Shown piece after piece: positions 55,901 to 64,000 of a DNA stretch of 64,000 bases. Every line of letters starts with the position of its first letter. The stretch's first letter is position 1. Origin of the DNA: an uncultured Planctomycetales bacterium. GTDB lineage: Bacteria > Omnitrophota > Gorgyraeia > Zapsychrales > JBDRMG01. The notes beneath the pieces are model-generated. The model was given only the letters and a program-made list of their open reading frames with translations. It had not been told where the DNA came from and searched no databases. Location: assembly GCA_964478715.1 (NCBI GenBank), contig CAYZIY010000003.1:6669-70668 (forward strand), given 5' to 3'. The position numbers and the translations under genes are program-made.

Positions 55901-58900
55901 GCATTGGCTATGATTTTGATGGAATGTTTGTGGATAATACAAATACTTATGCTTTTATGTGGGACAGTGTTCCAGACAATGAAGTTTTAGAATATCCGGA
56001 TGATCCTCAAAGAGAAGAAGATTGGCATGAGGATATGGTTGAAACTTTTGCTGCCGTCAAGGCCCAATTAGCTGATAAAAAACTCTATATTAATACGATA
56101 TATTTTCATCTTCCACAATACTTCCCAGTCACCGACGGTGATTTTAAGGAATATGTTATTCACGGCCGTTCTAGTATGGGAGGCGGCGAACCTTATTATA
56201 TGCATTTGGCAAGATTGGCAACAGAAGCAGAGCAATATTCTGTGTTAACAGTAGCTAATTATACTGATGAAAGCGGAAATCCGTTATATACGTTTTCAGA
56301 AGATAGGTATAAAATTTTCACCTTAGCCCAATATTATTTATTGCATAGTCCTTATACGTACTTTAACTATCAGGTAGGAAATACCTCATGGAATCATGAC
56401 TTACATGCGCAGTGGTTTGAGGCGATGGGATACAATATTGGAATTCCTATTGGTGATGAGTATATTTATGCCACAGATAATCAACCTAATGGGCAGGCCG
56501 CTGTCTATGCGCGGGAATTCACCAATGGGCTTGTTTTGGCAAAATTCAAACCGAATTGGGTGAATGACTTTGATCAACCATCGACGCATGATTTAGGCGG
56601 AAGCTATAAGCTTTTGGGTGTCGATGGATCTCTGGGGCCGGTGATCAATCAAATCACTTTGCGCAATTCACAAGCTGCTATTCTGATTCCTGCGAGCAGT
56701 GGCGGTGAAAATTACCCACCAGTTCTACAGCCAATCGGAAACAGAGAAGTGCTGGAAGGAGCCACACTTAACTTTAGTGTCTCGGCGAGTGATCCCAATG
56801 GAGATGTTCTTACCTATACAGCCGAAAATATTCCCGCGGGTTCAAATTTCTCGAATCAAACATTTACCTGGACACCGGGCTATGATCAAGCCGGAACTTA
56901 CTCTGTGAATTTTATTGTCAGTGACGGGGAATTAAGCGACAGTGAACAGATCCAAATCGCCGTTGTCGATAATGATCCTGATACCCAAGCGCCGTCAATT
57001 CCTCAGAATTTTACTGCCCAGGCTTTGTCAGGTGTCCAAGTGCAGCTAACTTGGGAGGTGTCAACAGATAATGTAGGCGTTACAGGCTATCATATTTACC
57101 GCGATGGAGCTGAAGTAGCAACTACGACAACAACGTCTTACCTTGATTCAAGCCTGGAGCAGTTAACGAGATATTCATACGAAATCTCTGCTTATGACGC
57201 AAGCGGAAATGAATCTGCGCTCTCAGATGCAGTCGATGTCACAACGCCTGGAACAACGACCGTCGAAGTGATCGGTTTAGTTCGAGAAGATTGCAGTGGA
57301 TATTCCAATTGCTATTCATCATTGACTCAGTGGGAGTCCAGCTATGGCGGCGTAGATTTTGGATCTTGCCCCCACGGTGATCTAGTCTGCGCTGATGCGG
57401 TGGCCATAGCGCAGATAGACGGCATTTGGAATAGTCCCGAAACCGGCCGAGTTGTGATCGACGGATGGACAACAGACGAGGATCATTATATCAAGATTTT
57501 TACTGCCCCTGAAGCCAGACATGACGGCAAATGGAACGAATCAAAATATCGCCTGGAAGGCTCTCATCTGTGGACACCCATTCTTCAAGTCAGTGAAGAT
57601 TATGTGGTTATCGATGGCCTGCAAATATTCAATAGCGCTACTCAAAATCAACCGGTGGGTGTTGTGATTGATAACCGTTCTACATTAGGAGGGGATGTTC
57701 GTATTAAAAATAATATTATACGATTTCCCAAAGAGGTTTTGCCGTATCAGGCTGGCATTACGCTAAGGATTGATCCTCAGACAACGGTAAAAGTTCTAAA
57801 CAATATCATTATCAATCCCTACGATGGTATTTCGGCCGCTCCCTGGAGCGGAGATAAAGGAACGTATGTGATTTATAATAATACTCTTGTCGACCCCAAG
57901 CGGTATGGGATTCAGTGCGCCTTTGAAGGCAGCGGTCAGGGCGCCCTTTTACTTAAGAACAATCTCGTTCAGGGTATCAATACTAATTATGATATTTATG
58001 GATCCTCAAATCTTAATCTCTTTGAGCACGCGGCTAATATTTCGGAAGATGCCTCATCGCCTGACGATGCGCTCAGAAACAAACAGGCTCTGTTCGTTGA
58101 GGAAGCTCTCGATGATTTTCATCTTTCCGAAAGCGATATCACAGCTAAGGACATGGGTGTGGATTTAAGCAATAATAGTTACGCTCCCTTTGACAATGAT
58201 ATTGACGGTGAAAATCGAGCATCACTTTGGGATATCGGCGCGGATGAGTATGTTTCTTCTGCTGTCAATCATCCGCCGGTTCTAGAAACGATCGATCCCC
58301 AGGAAGGCTTTATCGGTGATCCGATTATTTTTGAGGCGACAGCGACAGATCCCGATGGGGATGTCTTGAACTATTCGGCGACCGGACTTCCAGCTGGAGC
58401 GATTTTTGAGAATCAGGTTTTCAGCTGGACTCCTGACGAGACCCAAGAGGGTCAACATCAAATAACTGTTACGGTTGACGATGGAGATCTTGATGATTCT
58501 CAAGTGGTTTCTATTACCGTTGTTGGGATTAATGATCCTCCGATTCTTGAGCCAATCGGCAACAAAATTGTGAACGAAGGCGAGGAATTAAGTTTTACCA
58601 TCAATGCTATGGATCCGGATGAAGACGGTATTCTTTTGACTATCTCGACCGAGATCCCGGATGTTGTTCTTACAGATAATGGAAACGGCACAGCTGATTT
58701 CAGCTGGATACCTGGCTATGATCAAGCCGGCAGTTATCAAGCGACCTTTAACGCTCAGGATGAAGGCGGCTTAACAGATCAAGAGACAATCACCATTGAA
58801 GTCTATGGAACAAACCGGCCGCCTGAAATTGATCAGATCTCGGATCAAACAATTAATGAGGGAGAGGAGCTTATTTTTGATGTAATGGCTATAGATCCTG

Positions 58901-61900
58901 ATGATGACGGAATTCTTCTTAGCATGAGCGGCTTGGACGATGCTTCCTTTGTTGATTACGGCGATGGCTCAGGAACCTTTAGCTGGAGTCCAGATTTTAC
59001 TCAATCAGGTAATTATCAGGCGGTCTTTACAGCCCAGGACGATGGGGGTTTGAGTGATCAGGTTCAGGTTAGCATTCAGGTTGTTAATGTCAACCAGCCC
59101 CCAATCCTTGATCCTGTTGGCGATCAATCCGTGAATGAAGGCCAATTTCTCGACATCACTCTCAGCGCTATTGATCCTGACGGAGAAACACTGATTTACT
59201 CGGCTGCTGATCTTCCGCAAGGCGCCGCACTAATCGAGAATCAATTAACCTGGACGCCTACGTATGATCAATCCGGTTCTTATCCGGTCACCTTAAGAGT
59301 TGAAGACTTAGGGGGTCTGATTGATTCTGAGACAATAACGATTACCGTTGATCACATCAACAGAGCTCCTATTCTTGATCCCATCGGTAACCATCAGGTG
59401 GCTGAAGGCAATACAATATCGATTACGTTGAGTGCTTTTGATCCAGATGGAGATCTTTTAAACTATCATGTACGCAATGAGCCTCAAGGGGCAAGTCTGA
59501 TAGGTCACGTCTTTAGCTGGACGCCTGGTTACTCAGATGCCGGAAATTATGAAGTGACTTTTAGTGTAGATGATGGACAGCTGAATGATATTGAGGAAAT
59601 TATTATTAGCGTTGGAAATATAAATCGGCCTCCGGAATTTGATATCATCAGCCCTCAGGTCGTGGATGAAAATCAGATCTTGTTGTTCATGCTGAGCGCT
59701 TCAGATCCCGATGGCGACAATTTGATTTACAATTCCATCGGCTTACCGATAGGTTCTTCTTTTGATTCAGCAACCAAAGAATTTACATGGACGCCCGATT
59801 ATGATCAGGCAGGTACTCATGTTGCAGAATTCAGTGTGACCGATGGAGATCTTAGCGATACTCTCACCGTCGAGATTGCTGTAATGGATGTCAACAGGAC
59901 ACCAACCCTCGAACCTTTGCAGGCAGAATATAGCGTTAATGAAAACGAAGTCTTCATCATTTCCTTGGATGCCTCTGATCCTGATCAGGATGCTTTAAGC
60001 TTGACCATGCAGCCGGCTTTAGAGGGCGCTAGAATTGATAATCAAATACTAAGTTGGCTGCCGAGCTTTGAGCAAGCCGGCGTTTATGAAGTGACCTTTA
60101 CGGTGAGTGATGGAGATCTTTCTGACCAGCAAACGACAACGCTCATTGTTAACAATATCAACCGGGCTCCGGTCTTTGAACCCATCGGTAACCAGGAAGT
60201 TGAGGAAGGAGAGAGCCTTTCCATAATTCTCAACGCTTCTGACCCCGATGGAGACGATTTGACATTTACTTCATCTGATTTACCGGACGGTTCTTCGATT
60301 GGCGGAGAAAACGGAAATATCTTTCTCTGGTCTCCCACGCATACCCAGTCAGGAGTTTATGAGGTGACCATAACGGTTACCGATTCACAACTCACTGGTT
60401 CACAGATGAGTGAGATAACTGTTGTAAATATCAATCGGGCACCTGTTCTTGATCCTATCGAAAATCAATCGATTCAGGAAGGGGAAACGCTGGAAATCCA
60501 GCTTTCAGGAACGGATCCCGACGGAGATGCACTGACATACTCAGCTTCCAATCTTCCCGAAGGCGCTAATTTCTCAAGCGCAAGCGGACTTTTTCAATGG
60601 ACACCAACATTTGATCAAAACGGAACTTACATACTTATTTTTGTTGTCAGTGATGGTGAATTAACTGATTCTCAAGAGGCAACGTTGACAGTGATTAATA
60701 ATAACCGGATACCTTCTTTAGATCCTATCGGGCCCAAAGAAGTCCATGAAAACTCAAATCTCACCTTTCAGATCAATGGATCAGATCCTGATGGGGATAG
60801 CTTGCAGTTTACAGCCAAGCAACTTCCTGAAGGAGCGAACTTCACAAATCAGATATTCAGCTGGACTCCAAATTATGATCAGGAAGGGGAATACTTTGTC
60901 ACCTTTACAGTAGATGATGGACAGCTCTCTGATTCTGAAGAAATCTTTATCACTGTCTATGGATCCAACAGAGCTCCTGTCTTGGATCCAATTGGAGATA
61001 GAACGGTTGACGAGGGAGATCTTTTAACTTTTACAGTCACAGCCACTGATCCTGACGGTCATCCTTTAACGTACTCAGCTTCTAATCTTCCAGAAGGCGC
61101 TACCTTTGCAAATCAAGCTTTCAGCTGGACTCCTGACTTTGGTCAATCTGGAAGTTATGAGGTCACTTTCACCGTGATGGATACTAGTGAGCTTCTCATT
61201 CTGGATGATTCAGAGACAATCACGATTACAGTCAATGATGTGAATCGGGCACCTGTGCTGGATCCCATAGGAAATCAATCGATTCAGGAAGGGGAAACGC
61301 TGGAAATCCAGCTTTCGGGAACGGATCCCGACGGAGATGTATTGACATACTCGGCTTTAGGTCTTCCTGAAGGCGCTGACTTCTTTGAAGACTTAGGGCT
61401 GTTTACTTGGACACCAACCTTCGGAGAGCAAGGAATCTACACTTTATCTTTTATTCTCAGCGACGGTTCTTTGACTGACGAAGAGTCTATTTCTATTTCT
61501 GTTGGCAATGTGAATCAACCACCTGTTTTAGACCCTATTGATGATCAGGCAGTTTTAGAGGGAGAACAGATCAGCATCCAGCTTGCCGCCAGCGATCCGG
61601 ATGGACAGACATTAATCTATTTCGCAGAAAATCTTCCTCAGGGAGCTGATCTTTTATCGGAGAATGGTTTGTTTGAATGGATTCCCGGATTTGATCAGTC
61701 GGGTGAGTATATTGTTACCTTGGGCGTGACAGACGGAGTATTAGAAGATACACAGGATGTCATTTTGACGATCACCAATGTCAATCGCGCGCCTCAAATC
61801 AGCCCTGTTGAACAACAGGAAGTTCATGAGAATCAAAATCTAAGCTTCTCTATTACTGCGGATGATCCCGACGGGGATATCATAACCTATTCGGCTCAGG

Positions 61901-64000
61901 GATTACCCAGCGGAGCTCAGTTTACGGATCAAACTTTCAATTGGACCCCTGATTATGAGCAGAAAGGAACCTATCAGGTAGGTTTTACGGCCAGTGATGG
62001 TGAGCTGTCAGGTTCAATGACCGTTACGATAATTGTCTATGGAACCAATCGGCCGCCGGTTTTAAGTCCGATCCACGATCAAATCATTGAGGAGGCCGAT
62101 TTATTATCCTTCGATGTTATAGGCAGTGATCCCGATGGAAATTCTCTTAGTTACAGAGCTTCGGGTTTGCCTCAAGGGGCCATCTTTGAAAACCAGGTCT
62201 TCAGCTGGATTCCGACATATGATCAAGCTGGAAGCTATGAGGTTACCTTTACGGTTATGGATACCAGTGAATTAATGGTTCTGGAAGACAGCGAGACGAT
62301 CACTATCACCGTTGTCAATGTCAATCGAGCACCGGTTTTGGAGTCAATCCCTAATCAGGAAATAGAAGAAGGGCAGCAGCTTACTTTTAGTATCGCGGCC
62401 ACAGATCCTGATGATGATTCCTTAACATTCACTGCTGGAGATTTACCGCAGGGTGCTCAGTTTGAAAATCAAATCTTCAGTTGGATTCCCGCAAATGAGC
62501 AAGTCGGAGTCCATGAGGTTACTTTTAATGTCAGCGATGGAGCATTGTCTGATTCCCAAACAATTTCGATTGTCGTTACAGAAATTGTCATACCACCGGA
62601 AAATCATCCGCCGGTTCTTGATCCTATCGGGAATAAGGAGATGGACGAAGGCCAGCAATTGAGTTTTGTTGTCACCGCTTCTGATCCTGATGGAGATCAG
62701 CTGATGATTTCTGCTTCTCATATTCCCTTCGGCGCACAATTTAACGAACAATCCGGTCTATTTGAATGGACACCCTCTTATGAGCAGGCCGGAGAATATC
62801 AAATAACTTTTATAGTATCGGACGGTCAGTTGCGCGATTCAGAAGCCATCACAATTAATGTAAGAGACGTGAATCTTGCACCGATTTTGGAACCCATTGG
62901 TGACAAAAGAGTTGAAATCAGAACAGAACTCAGCTTTCAAGTAATGGGTTTAGATCCAGACAATGATTCGCTATCCTATTCTGTCAATGGTTTGCCGCAG
63001 GGAGCCAAATTCAAAAATCAATTATTCCGCTGGAAACCATCCAAAGAACAGGTAGGCCAGTATCAACTGGAATTCTTTGTCAGCGATGGCCAGTTGCGGG
63101 ACAGCGAGATGATTCAAATTAATGTGTATGAAACCAATACTGATCCTAGCGAAAATCAGCCGCCTATTTTAGATGCCATTGGCAATAAAACTGTCGCGGC
63201 CGAAGATTTGCTCAGGTTTCGTATTAAATCGATAGATCCCGACGGAGATCTCTTGATTCTGGTCGTTCGCGATTTGCCTGCTGGTGCGTCAATGGATGAT
63301 GATCTCTTTCAATGGAGACCCACAGACGATCAAGTCGGACAATATTTCGTCACATTTATTGTCACCGAAGGGGTTTATGACGAATCGGGGGTGCTGATTG
63401 CCGCTGATGGTGCTTATAGTGATCAGGAGACTGTTAAGATCAAGGTCTTTAAAGGGGAGCAACCGCAGCCGCGTTCAACGGAGAACGAAACACAGATACT
63501 GGAAGGTGAATCAGGCCAGGATTCGGCAAATGGGACGGATGGTGATGATCTGTCTCAAACGTCATCCTATTATGGGGGTTTAGCGTATATAGTTTCCGAT
63601 GACAATGAAAAACAAGAGATGACCCTCCAGCAATCAGACAAAACAGCAAAGGGAAATTCTGCAAAAAGCAAAACTAGAAAGAATAACAGAGCGCCTGTCA
63701 TTTTGACCAATGATCAAACAGAACTGGAAGAGGGAACACAAGCAGTCATTCAGGTTTTTGCCAGCGATCCTGACCAGGATTCTTTGGTTCTTTCAACAGA
63801 AGAACTGCCCTTGGGAGCCGTATTTGTGGATCGGGGCGATGGCATCGGAGAGATTGTTTGGAATCCTTATGATGATCAGGTGGGTGAGCATACAATCAAT
63901 GTGATTGTGACAGACGGCCAGGTTCAGGACACAAAAAGCATCAATTTTATGATCAATAAGGCCAGTGATGCCCCAGATGAAGGGAATTTGCCTGAGGAAT
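52984..64000 (+). CDS. giant secreted multi-domain surface protein (adhesin-like), 5' portion of >3,670 codons: signal peptide, beta-helix, CarboxypepD_reg-like, cadherin-like repeats, unknown ~470-aa domain, FN3, second beta-helix, >=21 further cadherin-like (He_PIG/dystroglycan-type) repeats. The 3' end is outside the window.
   Basis: Frame 1 is open from ATG 52984 (GGGAGG ribosome-binding site 8 nt upstream) to the window end. I translated line-by-line and found no stops. Signal peptide MKKTFPYLLAFLMALWSPAKG. Repeats of the form N[RQ][AP]P.[LI][DE]PIGN..V.EGE.L.F...A.DPDGD.L.Y.A..LP.GA.F....F.WTP...Q.G.Y.V.F.V.DG.L.D. FN3 consensus ...GYHIYRDGAEVATTTTTSY...YSYEISAYDASGNES. Absent from the supplied ORF track because no stop codon occurs in the window. 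Confidence 0.85.
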   Translation, partial: MKKTFPYLLAFLMALWSPAKGFSLEITHVSGCAEVDTDYQCVEIASCQDLTQSNTYYLLADDIVTGGTCFTNHVSNIHLDLNSYTVSYAQTEPGHAFYEQWSNRDNVTIENGFMIGGYQNNSHALYWVTDGSDNLVIRNLSLSVAGVETSGIKIGTGNNLEIHHVNIEMDSDKADPCSHYGEPIAGISLAHRGGDIDIHHNFVTGTGMTGIVTSSCGTYTEPLEIHNNYISTWSPVRDGYAIGISGTNNSCSDGTLIYDNTINQQNGRGIIVDGWTGNESYGPGNIEMYGNHITVKEGWDCEYDRPGTAAGIRLRFGAHDVYAHDNEIYGLAGTGVAVGSEPGKDGATAIGIYSGSSLPYGLNNRFENNYVEVSTNDARYPAIGLYVAGGDQNTSAAFSQFLNNTIVSNNKPIRIGYSDGGGSQADFDSNTIVRGDNPLDFHTYTVGYWIFGAHHIDFLDSIVEGGASAQDIVFDSACEGSCANYENITLSWTLNLQVENSGANRIEGASVQITDSDNQIVAQGQTDAQGLFSQTLVEKSFEGILQPDEFIHTPHEIQIEKAGYQTYSDSLVMDSTKTVIVNLQEGSSNQAPILEPLTEWSVFTGESIEILVSAIDPDNDPIELSASTLPSGAQFLDYANGTGIFSWIPSVDGLYSISFTASDGYLSDIETLQIAVLAGAPEGNQAPVLSEISDQTGYPFELLTFEVTATDSDDDLLTYWAENLPNGADFMDQTFIWFPDDTQLGTHTITFFVSDGEYTDSQDVTVTIQDSAGCVYPQTYPHPDGSCRVLPHINVAGVSYSNPDTDQEYDWRVEHYDLLLFTFGSYVLDEFIGVKERSPGLVSLRYDNMHSHIMYHDRKMNALDDWIENHPEYGVFEDYFLHYKYDCIQAGIERKGWNPDEDLNVNHIRDGYEANPQTDPIDPNRSADFKHESRIMTRYNRTDRVFANVGHAGYQAFNAQFSYDEVHTADVPSIGYDFDGMFVDNTNTYAFMWDSVPDNEVLEYPDDPQREEDWHEDMVETFAAVKAQLADKKLYINTIYFHLPQYFPVTDGDFKEYVIHGRSSMGGGEPYYMHLARLATEAEQYSVLTVANYTDESGNPLYTFSEDRYKIFTLAQYYLLHSPYTYFNYQVGNTSWNHDLHAQWFEAMGYNIGIPIGDEYIYATDNQPNGQAAVYAREFTNGLVLAKFKPNWVNDFDQPSTHDLGGSYKLLGVDGSLGPVINQITLRNSQAAILIPASSGGENYPPVLQPIGNREVLEGATLNFSVSASDPNGDVLTYTAENIPAGSNFSNQTFTWTPGYDQAGTYSVNFIVSDGELSDSEQIQIAVVDNDPDTQAPSIPQNFTAQALSGVQVQLTWEVSTDNVGVTGYHIYRDGAEVATTTTTSYLDSSLEQLTRYSYEISAYDASGNESALSDAVDVTTPGTTTVEVIGLVREDCSGYSNCYSSLTQWESSYGGVDFGSCPHGDLVCADAVAIAQIDGIWNSPETGRVVIDGWTTDEDHYIKIFTAPEARHDGKWNESKYRLEGSHLWTPILQVSEDYVVIDGLQIFNSATQNQPVGVVIDNRSTLGGDVRIKNNIIRFPKEVLPYQAGITLRIDPQTTVKVLNNIIINPYDGISAAPWSGDKGTYVIYNNTLVDPKRYGIQCAFEGSGQGALLLKNNLVQGINTNYDIYGSSNLNLFEHAANISEDASSPDDALRNKQALFVEEALDDFHLSESDITAKDMGVDLSNNSYAPFDNDIDGENRASLWDIGADEYVSSAVNHPPVLETIDPQEGFIGDPIIFEATATDPDGDVLNYSATGLPAGAIFENQVFSWTPDETQEGQHQITVTVDDGDLDDSQVVSITVVGINDPPILEPIGNKIVNEGEELSFTINAMDPDEDGILLTISTEIPDVVLTDNGNGTADFSWIPGYDQAGSYQATFNAQDEGGLTDQETITIEVYGTNRPPEIDQISDQTINEGEELIFDVMAIDPDDDGILLSMSGLDDASFVDYGDGSGTFSWSPDFTQSGNYQAVFTAQDDGGLSDQVQVSIQVVNVNQPPILDPVGDQSVNEGQFLDITLSAIDPDGETLIYSAADLPQGAALIENQLTWTPTYDQSGSYPVTLRVEDLGGLIDSETITITVDHINRAPILDPIGNHQVAEGNTISITLSAFDPDGDLLNYHVRNEPQGASLIGHVFSWTPGYSDAGNYEVTFSVDDGQLNDIEEIIISVGNINRPPEFDIISPQVVDENQILLFMLSASDPDGDNLIYNSIGLPIGSSFDSATKEFTWTPDYDQAGTHVAEFSVTDGDLSDTLTVEIAVMDVNRTPTLEPLQAEYSVNENEVFIISLDASDPDQDALSLTMQPALEGARIDNQILSWLPSFEQAGVYEVTFTVSDGDLSDQQTTTLIVNNINRAPVFEPIGNQEVEEGESLSIILNASDPDGDDLTFTSSDLPDGSSIGGENGNIFLWSPTHTQSGVYEVTITVTDSQLTGSQMSEITVVNINRAPVLDPIENQSIQEGETLEIQLSGTDPDGDALTYSASNLPEGANFSSASGLFQWTPTFDQNGTYILIFVVSDGELTDSQEATLTVINNNRIPSLDPIGPKEVHENSNLTFQINGSDPDGDSLQFTAKQLPEGANFTNQIFSWTPNYDQEGEYFVTFTVDDGQLSDSEEIFITVYGSNRAPVLDPIGDRTVDEGDLLTFTVTATDPDGHPLTYSASNLPEGATFANQAFSWTPDFGQSGSYEVTFTVMDTSELLILDDSETITITVNDVNRAPVLDPIGNQSIQEGETLEIQLSGTDPDGDVLTYSALGLPEGADFFEDLGLFTWTPTFGEQGIYTLSFILSDGSLTDEESISISVGNVNQPPVLDPIDDQAVLEGEQISIQLAASDPDGQTLIYFAENLPQGADLLSENGLFEWIPGFDQSGEYIVTLGVTDGVLEDTQDVILTITNVNRAPQISPVEQQEVHENQNLSFSITADDPDGDIITYSAQGLPSGAQFTDQTFNWTPDYEQKGTYQVGFTASDGELSGSMTVTIIVYGTNRPPVLSPIHDQIIEEADLLSFDVIGSDPDGNSLSYRASGLPQGAIFENQVFSWIPTYDQAGSYEVTFTVMDTSELMVLEDSETITITVVNVNRAPVLESIPNQEIEEGQQLTFSIAATDPDDDSLTFTAGDLPQGAQFENQIFSWIPANEQVGVHEVTFNVSDGALSDSQTISIVVTEIVIPPENHPPVLDPIGNKEMDEGQQLSFVVTASDPDGDQLMISASHIPFGAQFNEQSGLFEWTPSYEQAGEYQITFIVSDGQLRDSEAITINVRDVNLAPILEPIGDKRVEIRTELSFQVMGLDPDNDSLSYSVNGLPQGAKFKNQLFRWKPSKEQVGQYQLEFFVSDGQLRDSEMIQINVYETNTDPSENQPPILDAIGNKTVAAEDLLRFRIKSIDPDGDLLILVVRDLPAGASMDDDLFQWRPTDDQVGQYFVTFIVTEGVYDESGVLIAADGAYSDQETVKIKVFKGEQPQPRSTENETQILEGESGQDSANGTDGDDLSQTSSYYGGLAYIVSDDNEKQEMTLQQSDKTAKGNSAKSKTRKNNRAPVILTNDQTELEEGTQAVIQVFASDPDQDSLVLSTEELPLGAVFVDRGDGIGEIVWNPYDDQVGEHTINVIVTDGQVQDTKSINFMINKASDAPDEGNLPEE
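58264..63426 (+). repeat. tandem array of ~270-282-nt coding repeats (about 19 consecutive cadherin-like domain units), then a low-complexity linker and a further unit from 63694
   Basis: Unit boundaries (NRAPVLDPIGN-type) at ~58264, 58540, 58812, 59092, 59365, 59626, 59893, 60166, 60436, 60706, 60973, 61246, 61513, 61783, 62053, 62323, 62611, 62878 and 63160. Units 60436-60700 and 61246-61510 share ~90-nt near-identical DNA. Confidence 0.8.

Noticed and set aside
58264-63426. Regular ~275-nt periodic repeats, considered as a possible CRISPR array or satellite
   Set aside because: The period is far longer than a CRISPR repeat-spacer unit. Repeats are degenerate at the DNA level but conserved at the protein level, and they lie in one open reading frame. 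They are protein domain repeats.
53050-63664. Numerous small ORFs on both strands (e.g. 55339-55884 minus, 181 aa; 62443-62751 minus)
   Set aside because: All fall inside the continuous frame-1 giant ORF. They are alternative-frame or antisense artefacts.

Overview
The window reads as a gene-dense chromosomal segment from a low-GC, Gram-negative (diderm) bacterium, probably an uncultivated lineage. Genes are almost all on the + strand with short gaps and many ATGA/TTGA start-stop overlaps. I see three thematic blocks. (1) Positions 1-19.4 kb: a phosphate/polyphosphate supercluster. A five-gene translationally coupled operon ppx-ppk1-CHAD-metallophosphoesterase-HD runs convergent with a ROK sugar kinase and a guanylate-kinase-like P-loop kinase. 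It is followed by a Na/Pi cotransporter-PhoU fusion, phoB-phoR, a candidate Pho box, an outer-membrane porin, pstSCAB and an unusual ArsC(LMW-PTP-fold)-PhoU fusion. (2) Positions 19.6-52.4 kb: housekeeping and envelope genes. These include trxA, panD, def, lipA, an mlaE/F/D cluster, mscS, yggT, ybaB, greA, rlmB-like, an M48 peptidase, a hybrid PAS histidine kinase plus Hpt, a YdbH-like/YnbE/YdbL-like trio, dCMP deaminase, a trans-sulfuration PLP enzyme, a SPOR protein, miaA and hflX. Interleaved with them are two paralogous TMTC-like (DUF1736/GT-C + TPR) membrane proteins and a sugar-modification/glycosylation locus: a Gfo/Idh/MocA dehydrogenase, a hexapeptide acetyltransferase, a DPM1/GtrB-like GT2 polyprenol-phosphate sugar synthase and a polytopic GT-C-like membrane protein. 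(3) Positions 52.5-64 kb: a promoter, a structured leader that I read as a c-di-GMP-I (GEMM) riboswitch with an intrinsic terminator, a small translationally coupled ORF, and then one giant ORF (>3,670 codons, still open at the window end). It is absent from the supplied ORF track because it has no stop inside the window. The giant ORF encodes a signal peptide, right-handed beta-helix regions, an unknown ~470-aa domain, an FN3 domain and at least 24 tandem ~92-aa cadherin-like (He_PIG/dystroglycan-type) repeats. The most interesting hypothesis is a bacterial TMTC-type glycosylation system (two TMTC-like GT-Cs plus a polyprenol-P-sugar synthase) sitting with a c-di-GMP-riboswitch-controlled giant cadherin-repeat adhesin. 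This mirrors eukaryotic TMTC O-mannosylation of cadherins. I found no rRNA, tRNA, CRISPR or mobile elements.
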